From the IMG/VR virus record IMGVR_UViG_3300027770_000034: a stretch of DNA of 52,140 nt; one strand, 5' to 3'. Both the position numbers and the translations under genes were made by a program. The stretch comes from a virus (lineage: Duplodnaviria; Heunggongvirae; Uroviricota; Caudoviricetes). A model generated the notes under the pieces. It worked only from the letters and a program-made list of their open reading frames with translations. It had not been told where the DNA came from and made no database searches. This document shows, piece after piece, positions 36,610 to 45,323 of this stretch (positions within the stretch are counted from its first letter, which is position 1; each line of letters starts with the position of its first letter).

Positions 36610-37341
36610 ATGGAGATTAAGATAAAACTTTCTAATACTGAACATAAAGACTTATTGTCTTATTGTAATCTTAACGACTTACTCGTTAGTTCAGTTGTCA
36701 AGGATTCCTTTACAACTGGATTCAATATTGAAAGATATGGTCTTTTAAATGCGGGGGTTGAGACAAAGAAAAAAGAGGTAATCAAAGAGGTTATCAAGTA
36801 TGTTGAAGTCCCTGTGGTGGAAGAGAAAGAGGTGGTAAAGATTGAGTATGTGGAAGTTGAAAAAATAGTAGAAAAAAAAGTTGAGATTCCTGTAGATAGA
36901 ATTGTTGAGGTTATTAAAGAAATCCCGAGTCCTCCTACTGAAATAAAAGTTATAGAATACGTTGATAGAGAGGTTATTAAAGAAGTAATTAAGGAAGTTT
37001 TTGTCTCAAATATTGACAATATTTACGACAAACCTGAACCTGAAATTAGAGAGGTTATTATTGAAAAGATAGTTGAAGTAATTAAGGAAGTTGAGAAGAT
37101 AGTTGAGGTTCCTGTTGAAGTAGTTAAGGAGATAATTATAGAAAAGGAGTCTGATGGCAATTGGAAACCAAAACTTGAAGCTCTTCAAAATACGGTTCAA
37201 AAATTGAAACAGGACAATATTGAAAAAGACAGACAACTTAAAGAATATGAAAAAACGATTGAAGAGATTCAAAAGTTTCAACAAGATAAAAAAGCGGCTT
37301 TCTTGAGAGGGTCAAACTTAAACGACACACTTTATAAATAA
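36610..37341 (+). CDS. Protein with VEKIVEVP-type alternating charged/hydrophobic repeats and a C-terminal coiled coil
   Basis: KEVIKEVIKYVEVPVVEEKEVVKIEYVEVEKIVEKKVEIPVDRIVEVIKE and IEKIVEVIKEVEKIVEVPVEVVKE. ATG at 36610. Confidence 0.7.
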   Translation: MEIKIKLSNTEHKDLLSYCNLNDLLVSSVVKDSFTTGFNIERYGLLNAGVETKKKEVIKEVIKYVEVPVVEEKEVVKIEYVEVEKIVEKKVEIPVDRIVEVIKEIPSPPTEIKVIEYVDREVIKEVIKEVFVSNIDNIYDKPEPEIREVIIEKIVEVIKEVEKIVEVPVEVVKEIIIEKESDGNWKPKLEALQNTVQKLKQDNIEKDRQLKEYEKTIEEIQKFQQDKKAAFLRGSNLNDTLYK

Positions 37342-37346
37342 AATAT

Positions 37347-37703
37347 ATGACACAACTATTATTATGGATGGTAATGACTTACGGGTTAAGTAACATCCTT
37401 GTTTACGGTAGTATTTTTAATACACCGAGAAATTACATCTTCAATGAGGCAGACCATGGAATTGGTTTCTTCACAGATTTTTACAAGTTCCTCAAGGGAA
37501 TGTTATCTTGTATGATGTGTACACCTGTGTGGGTTGGATTTTTCTTCGGAATTTTCTTATATTCACCAGTACACGAATTATTAGGTGTTTCACCATTCGC
37601 ATCTTGGTTTTTTGATGGAATGTTGGCATCTGGGGCCACTTGGGCCATAAACTCAATTATTGAATGGTTTGAACAAAACAGACCACAAAACAACAATCAT
37701 TAA
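37347..37703 (+). CDS. Membrane protein, DUF1360-like
   Basis: Three hydrophobic segments with an LSCMMCTPVWVG CxxC-W motif. Confidence 0.55.
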   Translation: MTQLLLWMVMTYGLSNILVYGSIFNTPRNYIFNEADHGIGFFTDFYKFLKGMLSCMMCTPVWVGFFFGIFLYSPVHELLGVSPFASWFFDGMLASGATWAINSIIEWFEQNRPQNNNH

Positions 37704-37704
37704 T

Positions 37705-37905
37705 ATGGCACACATAGACGTAGAGTATACAGTAACAGTTAGTCTTTTTGATTTAGAAACTTCTCATACTCAATCAAGAGTTGAAGTTGAAAAAAAACTT
37801 AAAGAAATAGGTCAAACAAAACTTAGAGCTTGGCTTGCAGGAAATGCTTTTGACCCTCAGGGTAAAGTATTTGTAGAAAATTTAAAAATAACATCAAAAC
37901 CATAA
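37705..37905 (+). CDS. Small hypothetical protein
   Basis: The ATG at 37705 follows the upstream stop and is in frame with the track ORF. Confidence 0.55.
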   Translation: MAHIDVEYTVTVSLFDLETSHTQSRVEVEKKLKEIGQTKLRAWLAGNAFDPQGKVFVENLKITSKP

Positions 37906-37907
37906 CA

Positions 37908-38093
37908 ATGGCAAAATCAAAATTAAGAGGTGGTGCGAAGGCTCACAAAAAAAAAGTTGAGACAAGAAATCAAGGAATCAAAGCGGAGCAATCTGCAATG
38001 CAGAAGTTGATGAATGAGGCAATGAAAACTCAAATATCAGAATTAAAGAAGAAATACGAGGCTGAGTCAGGAGCCACAACAAACCCTGCATAA
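37908..38093 (+). CDS. Small basic hypothetical protein
   Basis: MAKSKLRGGAKAHKKKV, tightly packed between neighbours. Confidence 0.6.
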   Translation: MAKSKLRGGAKAHKKKVETRNQGIKAEQSAMQKLMNEAMKTQISELKKKYEAESGATTNPA

Positions 38094-38095
38094 TA

Positions 38096-40474
38096 ATGAA
38101 ATGGGATTTATTCAACCCACATCCAGAATTTAACTACACCAATATGGCAACAAAGTTGGACATAACTTCTTTGGAGAACCCTTATATCCAAGTAATTTGG
38201 GAGGACGTTCCTGAGAACTTTACACAAGAGAGAATTAAGTCTGTTAAACAATACTTCATGAAGAAGTATGTGTCTAACAACATTAATGTTATTACCAAAG
38301 CAAAGACAACTGATGAAACACAACAGACGATTGATGTTGCGGTAAACATTATGGATAAGAACTATCAAAAAGAACTTATCAAGTCTCTTCTTGAATCAAA
38401 GGAACAAGACCAGTATTATGACCAAGTCATGAACATTGACCTTGCGGTAGAGAACAGAATGTCAGCAAATGATGTTGAGGCAACTCCATTCAAAAGATGG
38501 TATATCAAGAAGATTGAATTCAGTAACTTCTTATCTTATGGTGAGAATCAGGTTATTGACTTTGATAAGTGTGATGGTATTACAGTAGTTGAGTCAGACC
38601 CACCAAACTTTGGTGGTAAAACAGTATTGACTGTGGACTTGTTATTATTCTTGTTCTTCAACACAACAACCAAGACACAGAAGGCTGAAGAAATATTCAA
38701 CCGATTCACTGACAAGAATAGTGTTAGTGTTAAGGGTGACATCATCATTGATGGTGAGGAGTATATCATTGCACGTAAGATTGAAAGAAAGAAAGCTAAG
38801 TCTGGTGAATGGAACGTTAAGACTGAGTTGGACTTCTTCAAGAAGTTAGCTGATGGTCAATTGCAGAACTTTACAGGGGAGCAAAGACGTGAGACTGAGA
38901 ACTTTATCAAGACATCAATTGGTGACATGGATGACTTCCTAATGACCATTGTTACGACTGCATCAAACCTTGAGGACTTGTTGGAGGCAAAACCAACTGC
39001 TCGTGGTCAGGTGTTGAGTAGATTCTTGGGTCTTGAGTTCTTGAAGAAGAAGGAAGAGACAGGGAAGGAAATCTATTCTGAATTCTCAAAGGGAATGATG
39101 TCCAATGTATATAACACCGAGTCTTTAAAACAAGATATTGATTTATCAAAAGAAGAGATTAAAAGACTTGGAACTGAGATAACCGATGCTGGTAATAAAA
39201 TCCAAGACGTTGACAAGAGACTTCAAAAAGGACAAGAATATAAAGATAACCTACTTGGTTCCAAATTTACGGACTTAGACCAAGACTTAGTAATTCTTAA
39301 TCCTGAAAGACTTAAGGGACAGATTGATGAATACAAAACCATTGGAAAAAGAATCCAAGGACAAATTGATGATGTTAAGATTGTTGAACCAAAAGAGTTT
39401 TATCATGAAGACAAACATGATTCAGTTAAAGACAAACTTAAGTCAGTCAATGGCGAGTTAGTTCTTGCTGAGAACAAGGTTGAAGAGATTCAGGACTTGG
39501 TTGAAAAGTATGGTGATGGTATTCAGTGCGAACACTGTGGTATCAAACTTATGGAGGCTGAGTTAACCAAGAAGAAGATTGAACAACTTGAGGGATACAA
39601 GAAAATGGTTAAGGAGTTCAAGAAAGAAATTCAAACACTTGAGAAGAAGGAAGAATCATTCACTCAACTTAAGAAGGACTTTGATGAATACGAGAGAGCC
39701 AAACTTGTTAAGGAGAAATACGAAGCAACCCTTGAAGCTAACAATTTGAAGTTGGAACAATCTGAAGACAAGTTAAAGAGATACGAAGAGGTTCAAGATA
39801 AGATTAAGAAGAACAACGAGATTGAAGCTCAGTTGGTTAAAGCCAGTATGAGAATTGATGAGTTGATTGGTGAGAAGAGAGGGTACGAAAGAACCCAAAC
39901 AACCAATACAAATCAGATTGAAAATCTTGAAAGTCGTATTGAAAAGAACAACGAGACCATCCTTAAGATTGCTGAAGAGTTTGAACGTGAGAAGATTTAT
40001 AAGATATACCTTGATGTCTTCGGTAAGAACGGAATAACCAAAATCATTATGAAGACAATGATGCCATTGATTAACTCTGAACTTCAGAGATTACTTCAGG
40101 ACTCTTGTTTCTTCAACTTGGAGATTCGTATCAACGATAAGAACGAGGTTGACTTCATCATGATTGACAACGGAACAGGTATTGAAAAACCAATGACTGC
40201 TGGGTCAGGATATGAGAAGACCGTGGGAGCGTTGGCTATCAGAGCGGTACTTGCTAAGGTATGTTCACTTCCAAAACCAAACATATCGGTGTATGACGAA
40301 ACGTGGGGTAAGGTTTCTAATGATAATTTAGAGATGGTGGGAGATTTTTTCTTAAAATTAAAGGATTACTTTGAAAAGATATTTGTAATCAGTCACAATC
40401 CGTTGATTTCAAATTGGGCGGATAATGTGGTTCATATTACAAAAACAGATAATGTATCAAAAGTCTCACAATAA
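38096..40474 (+). CDS. gp46/SbcC/Rad50-like SMC ATPase with N-terminal extension
   Basis: IKKIEFSNFLSYG, Walker A NFGGKT, long coiled coil with CEHC zinc hook, signature AGSGYEK, Walker B VYDE, H-loop VISHN. The start may be at the internal MATKLD. Confidence 0.9.
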   Translation: MKWDLFNPHPEFNYTNMATKLDITSLENPYIQVIWEDVPENFTQERIKSVKQYFMKKYVSNNINVITKAKTTDETQQTIDVAVNIMDKNYQKELIKSLLESKEQDQYYDQVMNIDLAVENRMSANDVEATPFKRWYIKKIEFSNFLSYGENQVIDFDKCDGITVVESDPPNFGGKTVLTVDLLLFLFFNTTTKTQKAEEIFNRFTDKNSVSVKGDIIIDGEEYIIARKIERKKAKSGEWNVKTELDFFKKLADGQLQNFTGEQRRETENFIKTSIGDMDDFLMTIVTTASNLEDLLEAKPTARGQVLSRFLGLEFLKKKEETGKEIYSEFSKGMMSNVYNTESLKQDIDLSKEEIKRLGTEITDAGNKIQDVDKRLQKGQEYKDNLLGSKFTDLDQDLVILNPERLKGQIDEYKTIGKRIQGQIDDVKIVEPKEFYHEDKHDSVKDKLKSVNGELVLAENKVEEIQDLVEKYGDGIQCEHCGIKLMEAELTKKKIEQLEGYKKMVKEFKKEIQTLEKKEESFTQLKKDFDEYERAKLVKEKYEATLEANNLKLEQSEDKLKRYEEVQDKIKKNNEIEAQLVKASMRIDELIGEKRGYERTQTTNTNQIENLESRIEKNNETILKIAEEFEREKIYKIYLDVFGKNGITKIIMKTMMPLINSELQRLLQDSCFFNLEIRINDKNEVDFIMIDNGTGIEKPMTAGSGYEKTVGALAIRAVLAKVCSLPKPNISVYDETWGKVSNDNLEMVGDFFLKLKDYFEKIFVISHNPLISNWADNVVHITKTDNVSKVSQ

Positions 40475-40488
40475 AATGTGAGATTTTT

Positions 40489-40519
40489 TTTGCCATTTAA
40501 TTAAAGTACCATATCTTTG
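40489..40519 (+). promoter_or_regulatory. Bacteroidota-type housekeeping promoter
   Basis: TTTG(40489-92)-19 nt-TATCTTTG(40512-19). Confidence 0.7.
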
Positions 40520-40547
40520 TGGTTCATTAATAAAAAACACATATACC

Positions 40548-41291
40548 ATGGACAAAGGATTCGTTTACGTAGCACGATTGATTGATTACAGTGGAAACTT
40601 TTTAGGGTCATTCCACAAGATTGGGAAAAGTATTCAATACAAAGTTAGAGAGACTCAATTAAATTCAACCCATTTACCTGTAGACATTCTATTTGTTAGA
40701 GTGTTTGAGACAGAAAATCAATCAATGTTGGAACAAATCCTTCATACTTGTTTTGAAGATTATCGTATTCAAAAACAATATACAGACCGACGTAATATTA
40801 CTACAGAATGGTTTGATGTTGACGATACTGATGTTCTCAATTCTCGTATTGATAAGGTCCTTAAATTCATCCCGAATACAAATGAGATTAATGTTATCAG
40901 TAGAATTTCTGCAGATACGGACACTTCAATTGATGAAAAAGAAGAACTAGTGTCAACACTCAGAAGAGCAAAAAGTAAGTTGATTTTCAAATTTGATGGA
41001 GAAGATGTTTCGTCTGACACATCAAGAGAAACATACCTTTATGCTCTAACAAAAATTGCTGAGAATATCGGTTGGGAAAAACTTGATTTAGATGAAGATA
41101 CAATAACTAAAAATGTTGATGACTTCAGGGAAAAATTTGTTAAAAGTTTCACTGACCGTTCTTATAGAGAAATTGGTGACTATAAAATATGGGTCAGCCT
41201 AAGTAATATGGATATTAAACGAATTCTTAATAGACATATTATGAAAAACAATATTCCGAATATGGAAGTATCAATTGAAACTGCATTATAA
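40548..41291 (+). CDS. T5orf172/GIY-YIG-like nuclease with C-terminal putative DNA-binding domain
   Basis: GFVYV..HKIGKS..RETQLNSTHLP..LEQILH..RI..TEWF. Confidence 0.7.
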   Translation: MDKGFVYVARLIDYSGNFLGSFHKIGKSIQYKVRETQLNSTHLPVDILFVRVFETENQSMLEQILHTCFEDYRIQKQYTDRRNITTEWFDVDDTDVLNSRIDKVLKFIPNTNEINVISRISADTDTSIDEKEELVSTLRRAKSKLIFKFDGEDVSSDTSRETYLYALTKIAENIGWEKLDLDEDTITKNVDDFREKFVKSFTDRSYREIGDYKIWVSLSNMDIKRILNRHIMKNNIPNMEVSIETAL

Positions 41292-41308
41292 AATAAAAAA
41301 TAAATAAT

Positions 41309-41872
41309 ATGAAAAAAATCCTTATGGTCGCAATCATCCTAATTGCATCGGTTTCTGCTTACTCACAAAAATATGTTGTAACTTCTACGGGTCTTAAAGA
41401 CGAGGCAAATACTGAAAAGTCATTTGTGGTTATTAATGTTGAAGGTAAGACGGCAAAACAATTGTTTGATAATGCGGTGAAGTATGTTAATGTCACATAT
41501 AAAAATCCTAACATAGTTATTAAAGGTAAAATAGATGGTGAGTATTTAAGTTTTGTTACATCATCTGACTTTTATGTGGGAAGTGGGTTATCTAAAAATC
41601 CTTTTATTATGGAGTATGTTACTTCTATGACTTTTAAAGATGGAAAAGTAAAACTTGAAATAATTGAACTAGAAATGACTTTTAAAAGAAATCCGTCATT
41701 TAAATTGTATTTTACTGGTGGTGGGATAAACTATTTTATTTATAATAAATCAGGTGAACTTAAAAAAGAAGACACAAAAGAATATCTTGAAGGTTATTTT
41801 AATACACAAATTCAAGGAATTAAGGATTATTTAGAAGAGAAAGCAACATTAGCAAAGAAAGATGATTTCTAA
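41309..41872 (+). CDS. Secreted protein with signal peptide, DUF4468-like
   Basis: MKKILMVAIILIASVSAYS/Q signal peptide, then VEGKTAKQLFDNAVKYV..YKNPNIVI. Confidence 0.6.
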   Translation: MKKILMVAIILIASVSAYSQKYVVTSTGLKDEANTEKSFVVINVEGKTAKQLFDNAVKYVNVTYKNPNIVIKGKIDGEYLSFVTSSDFYVGSGLSKNPFIMEYVTSMTFKDGKVKLEIIELEMTFKRNPSFKLYFTGGGINYFIYNKSGELKKEDTKEYLEGYFNTQIQGIKDYLEEKATLAKKDDF

Positions 41873-41878
41873 TACACT

Positions 41879-41907
41879 AACCCTCACCCTCAACGGTGGG
41901 GGTTTTT
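41879..41907 (+). terminator. Intrinsic terminator-like hairpin A
   Basis: AACCCTCACC-CTCAAC-GGTGGGGGTT followed by TTT. Confidence 0.7.
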
Positions 41908-41931
41908 AATTACAAAGATATTTATTGTGAG

Positions 41932-43131
41932 ATGAAACAACTGATTAGACATATATTGCGTGAACATACGAGGGAGATTGGTGAGGCTCGTGGTGATTAC
42001 AATAGGTCTAACACTGATGATTTTATTATTAAAGCGAGAAAGGTTCACGGAGATAAATACGATTATTCAAACACTAATTATGTAGGGGCTCGTGAAAAAC
42101 TTAATGTTGGTTGTCCAATTCACGGCGAATTCCCTGTGATGGCATCAAATCATTTGAGAGGGAGAGGATGTCCTGTGTGTGCGAATTTGGCTAGAGGTAA
42201 GTTTCACAGGTCCAACAAAGATGAATTTGTAAAAAAGGCTAAAGAAATATTTGGGGATGAGTATGATTATTCTTTAGTTGATTACGAGACAAATTTTAAA
42301 CCCGTTAATATTATATGTTCAAAACATGGACCATTTCCTAAAAGTCCACAAAACCACCTCAAAGGGCAAGGTTGCCCAATTTGTAAAGAAGAATCAAATT
42401 ATAGGGGTTCTTCACAAAGATTATCAAAGGATGAGTTTTTGAAAAGAGCGAAAGAAGTTCATGGTGATAAATACGATTATACACAAGTGGATTATAAAAA
42501 TAATTCTGACCCTATTACAATTATATGTCCTGAACATGGTCCATTTCCACAACAACCTTGGGTACACTTATCAGGAAGCGGTTGTCCAAAATGTGTTGGT
42601 AGAAATAAAACCACATCCGAATACATTGAACAAGTGAAAAAAATATTTGGAAATAAATATGATTATTCCAAAGTTCAATATAAAGATGCAAAAACACGAA
42701 TTGACATTATTTGCCCAAAACACGGAGATTTTTTCCCAACCGCAAACCAACATCTAAATGGGGTAGGATGTCCTGTTTGTAACGAATCTAAAGGAGAAAG
42801 ATTAATTGATAACATATTAACTAAACATAATGTTGAAAGGGTTAGGCAAAAAAGGTTTTTGGATTGTACAAACAAACCGACTAAAGGAAAACAATGTGTT
42901 ACATTACCTTTTGATTTTTATTTACCAAATCTAAATACTATTATAGAATTTGATGGTCAACAACATTTTAAACCTGTTTGGGGAGAAGATAACTTCAAAA
43001 AGTTACAACGATTAGATAAAATTAGAAACCAATACTGTAAGAAAAACGGAATCAAACTTATCCGTATACCTTACACGATGAAGACGGAAGAGATAGAACC
43101 ATACATACTAAAAGAATTAGAAATTAAATAG
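41932..43131 (+). CDS. Putative homing endonuclease: four DUF723-like Cys/His repeats plus a C-terminal PD-(D/E)XK/Vsr-like domain
   Basis: Four copies of F..KA..(V/I)(H/F)G.KYDY...Y......I.C..HG.F.....HL.G.GCP.C, then LPFDFYLP..IEFDGQQHF. The ATG at 41932 follows GATATTTAT (41917-25). Confidence 0.8.
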   Translation: MKQLIRHILREHTREIGEARGDYNRSNTDDFIIKARKVHGDKYDYSNTNYVGAREKLNVGCPIHGEFPVMASNHLRGRGCPVCANLARGKFHRSNKDEFVKKAKEIFGDEYDYSLVDYETNFKPVNIICSKHGPFPKSPQNHLKGQGCPICKEESNYRGSSQRLSKDEFLKRAKEVHGDKYDYTQVDYKNNSDPITIICPEHGPFPQQPWVHLSGSGCPKCVGRNKTTSEYIEQVKKIFGNKYDYSKVQYKDAKTRIDIICPKHGDFFPTANQHLNGVGCPVCNESKGERLIDNILTKHNVERVRQKRFLDCTNKPTKGKQCVTLPFDFYLPNLNTIIEFDGQQHFKPVWGEDNFKKLQRLDKIRNQYCKKNGIKLIRIPYTMKTEEIEPYILKELEIK

Positions 43132-43156
43132 ACCCCACCAATGAGTGGGGTTTTTT
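43132..43156 (+). terminator. Intrinsic terminator-like hairpin B between convergent genes
   Basis: ACCCCAC-CAATGA-GTGGGGT followed by TTTTT. Confidence 0.7.
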
Positions 43157-43179
43157 CATTTAAAAATTTTTGGAATTTT

Positions 43180-44088
43180 TTATTCCTGTCGGTCTCTACC
43201 TAAAAGTCTAAAATGTAATTCATCGTGCTCGGGTAACAATCTTCCATTTTTAGTTAAATTTTCTTGAGCCCATAACGGTTGGAAATTGGTGTAATGATTC
43301 AATTTGATTAGCTCATCAATGTTCTTTCCGACTTTCAAAGGTACTTTGTGGTCAATATGCCATTTCCCATGATTAGACCAATTCATTCCCTCTTTGAATT
43401 GTGATTCCAAATGTAACTTGAAATATTTAAAGTCACATCCTATTATCTCTTCCGTTCTCATTAATAATTTTGATTTACGAATATTCCTAACTTTAAAAGT
43501 TGCCAATAATAATTTTCTGATACTATCTTTTGCCGTTAAAAAGTCATTGGATTTCATTCGTTGATATTCTTGAGAATAATCTCTCCTTTCTTTTTGTTTT
43601 TCTATCAGAACTTTATATTTTTCAGGTTCTTCAATTTTAATCCTCTGATAATATTCCATTTTTTTTTTCAACAGAGATTTTCTACCTTGTTTAGGATTTT
43701 TACGGTATTTAGAATCCGAAATACTTTTGCATGTTTTACAAGAGGATGATAACTCTGTTAGTGTACTTTTATTAACATGAAAGTTATTTAATTCTAATAT
43801 TTCACCACATGAATGACATTTTTTTAGACCTTCTTTGTTTAGTAACAAAGTTTCTCTCGTTCCAGTTTTATTACAACCACAAGATTGCTTGAATTTCTTC
43901 TTTTTTCTAAATAAGTTAGACCAAATTGAAGAGCCAGTATTACCACAATCACACACATAATTCCACATATAAATTTCTTTTCCTGTAGAGGGCACAAGAT
44001 ATTTTTTATCAGATAAACCTGTAATGGTTATGTAATCAATACGTTCTCCAGTCCTATCAATTAATCTATGTTTTTTTTTATTACTCAT
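43180..44088 (-). CDS. Putative HNH-type homing endonuclease
   Basis: N-terminal CDCG..SCGC and CHSC..SCKTC Zn motifs. C-terminal IIGC..HLESQF..MNWSNHGKWHIDHKVP..HYTNFQPLWAQENLTKN. Confidence 0.8.
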   Translation of the reverse strand: MSNKKKHRLIDRTGERIDYITITGLSDKKYLVPSTGKEIYMWNYVCDCGNTGSSIWSNLFRKKKKFKQSCGCNKTGTRETLLLNKEGLKKCHSCGEILELNNFHVNKSTLTELSSSCKTCKSISDSKYRKNPKQGRKSLLKKKMEYYQRIKIEEPEKYKVLIEKQKERRDYSQEYQRMKSNDFLTAKDSIRKLLLATFKVRNIRKSKLLMRTEEIIGCDFKYFKLHLESQFKEGMNWSNHGKWHIDHKVPLKVGKNIDELIKLNHYTNFQPLWAQENLTKNGRLLPEHDELHFRLLGRDRQE

Positions 44089-44140
44089 ATTTTTATTACA
44101 AAATTAATATTTTTTTTTATCATTTCAAATGAAACATACC

Positions 44141-44164
44141 TCCCACCTTTTAGTGGGGTTTTTT
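44141..44164 (+). terminator. Terminator-like hairpin C
   Basis: TCCCAC-CTTTTA-GTGGGG followed by TTTTTT, directly upstream of a promoter. Confidence 0.5.
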
Positions 44165-44192
44165 GTTTATATGGAAAAGTTTCCTATATTTG
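44162..44192 (+). promoter_or_regulatory. Bacteroidota-type housekeeping promoter
   Basis: TTTG(44162-65)-19 nt-TATATTTG(44185-92). Confidence 0.7.
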
Positions 44193-44209
44193 TTCTGTAA
44201 AACAATTTA

Positions 44210-44827
44210 ATGAAAGAAGAATTATTGGATTTAATTGTGGCGTATTCTAAGGGTGACTTATCTAAGGAAGACGTTATTGAGGGTCATGGTGAGATGACCA
44301 TGGACTTTTTGGAGTTGTATATTAACGATTCAAACTCATCTACATTAAGGGAGGCCATCACTTGTAAGGTGTTAGGATTGGACTTTACAGGTAATAAGTT
44401 AGGTTATGACAGTAAGCATACTAACGAGGAAATCAAACCAAGGAATGCATTAACCACTGCAACAAAGATATTGGATGGTTGGGGTAACTATTCTGACTTA
44501 ACATGGAGACGACACAACAAATATATTGCTGATGATGTTATTGTCCATGTATCAGGGTTTGTTGATGGGTTGTTGATGTATATTGTTAAATTCAAATATG
44601 TTGATTTGGTACCATACTTCCAAGTTATGTTGGAGAGGGATTTACCTGACGGTGACCAAAAACATAAGTACGTTAGAACCGCATGGTTTACGTATACCAA
44701 TATCAAGGACTTACCAAGTTTTGAAATTGAATTTATCAGAGAAAATATCTCTGATTTTGAATATAAGTTTAGGAAAGATTTATTTAATGACTTAACTTTA
44801 CACAATGCAAATATTCCTACCGTATAA
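44210..44827 (+). CDS. Hypothetical protein, possible PD-(D/E)XK endonuclease
   Basis: KLGYDS....EEIKPRN fits a D..E-x-K nuclease pattern. Confidence 0.45.
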   Translation: MKEELLDLIVAYSKGDLSKEDVIEGHGEMTMDFLELYINDSNSSTLREAITCKVLGLDFTGNKLGYDSKHTNEEIKPRNALTTATKILDGWGNYSDLTWRRHNKYIADDVIVHVSGFVDGLLMYIVKFKYVDLVPYFQVMLERDLPDGDQKHKYVRTAWFTYTNIKDLPSFEIEFIRENISDFEYKFRKDLFNDLTLHNANIPTV

Positions 44828-45293
44828 TGACTTCAGAAAATCTCTTAGAGTATTGGACAATAAGAGATTGGGTAAACAACGTGTTGAGACGTATCAGATT
44901 ATATCTGCGATTACTCGTAGACCAAAGTTGGATGGTACACCTTATAAAGGTTGGTTGAACCATCCTTGTACCATAATGTGGAAGGACCATGTTCCAGCTC
45001 TTAAGTTGTATTTGAACTATTCAATTGATGAATGGGTTGCACGAGGGTTCAAAAACACAATGAACATGGAATCATTTGAGGAAGATATTGCATATCCTCA
45101 TTGGTTTGGTAATGAGAAGTTTCATTCATCACATAGAGCAAATCTGTTGAAGAAGGAACCTGAGTTCTATAATCAATATGGGTGGACTGAAGACCCAACA
45201 AATCCTTATGTGTGGATGGATAAAGAAGGTAAGTGGTACGAACAACATTCAGGGGTTAAAGGAAGAGTATATTTGGAGGAATTGGTTTATTAA
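44805..45293 (+). CDS. Pyrimidine dimer DNA glycosylase / endonuclease V-like protein (MSMEG_6728-like)
   Basis: MQIFLPY..LDNKRLGKQRVETYQI..GWLNHPCTIMW..HSSHRANLLKKEPEFY. Confidence 0.8.
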   Translation: MQIFLPYNDFRKSLRVLDNKRLGKQRVETYQIISAITRRPKLDGTPYKGWLNHPCTIMWKDHVPALKLYLNYSIDEWVARGFKNTMNMESFEEDIAYPHWFGNEKFHSSHRANLLKKEPEFYNQYGWTEDPTNPYVWMDKEGKWYEQHSGVKGRVYLEELVY

Positions 45294-45303
45294 TCTATAT
45301 TTG
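45272..45303 (+). promoter_or_regulatory. Bacteroidota-type housekeeping promoter upstream of the sigma operon
   Basis: TTTG(45272-75)-20 nt-TATATTTG(45296-303). Confidence 0.65.
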
Positions 45304-45323
45304 TAAAAACTATAATAAAAAAT

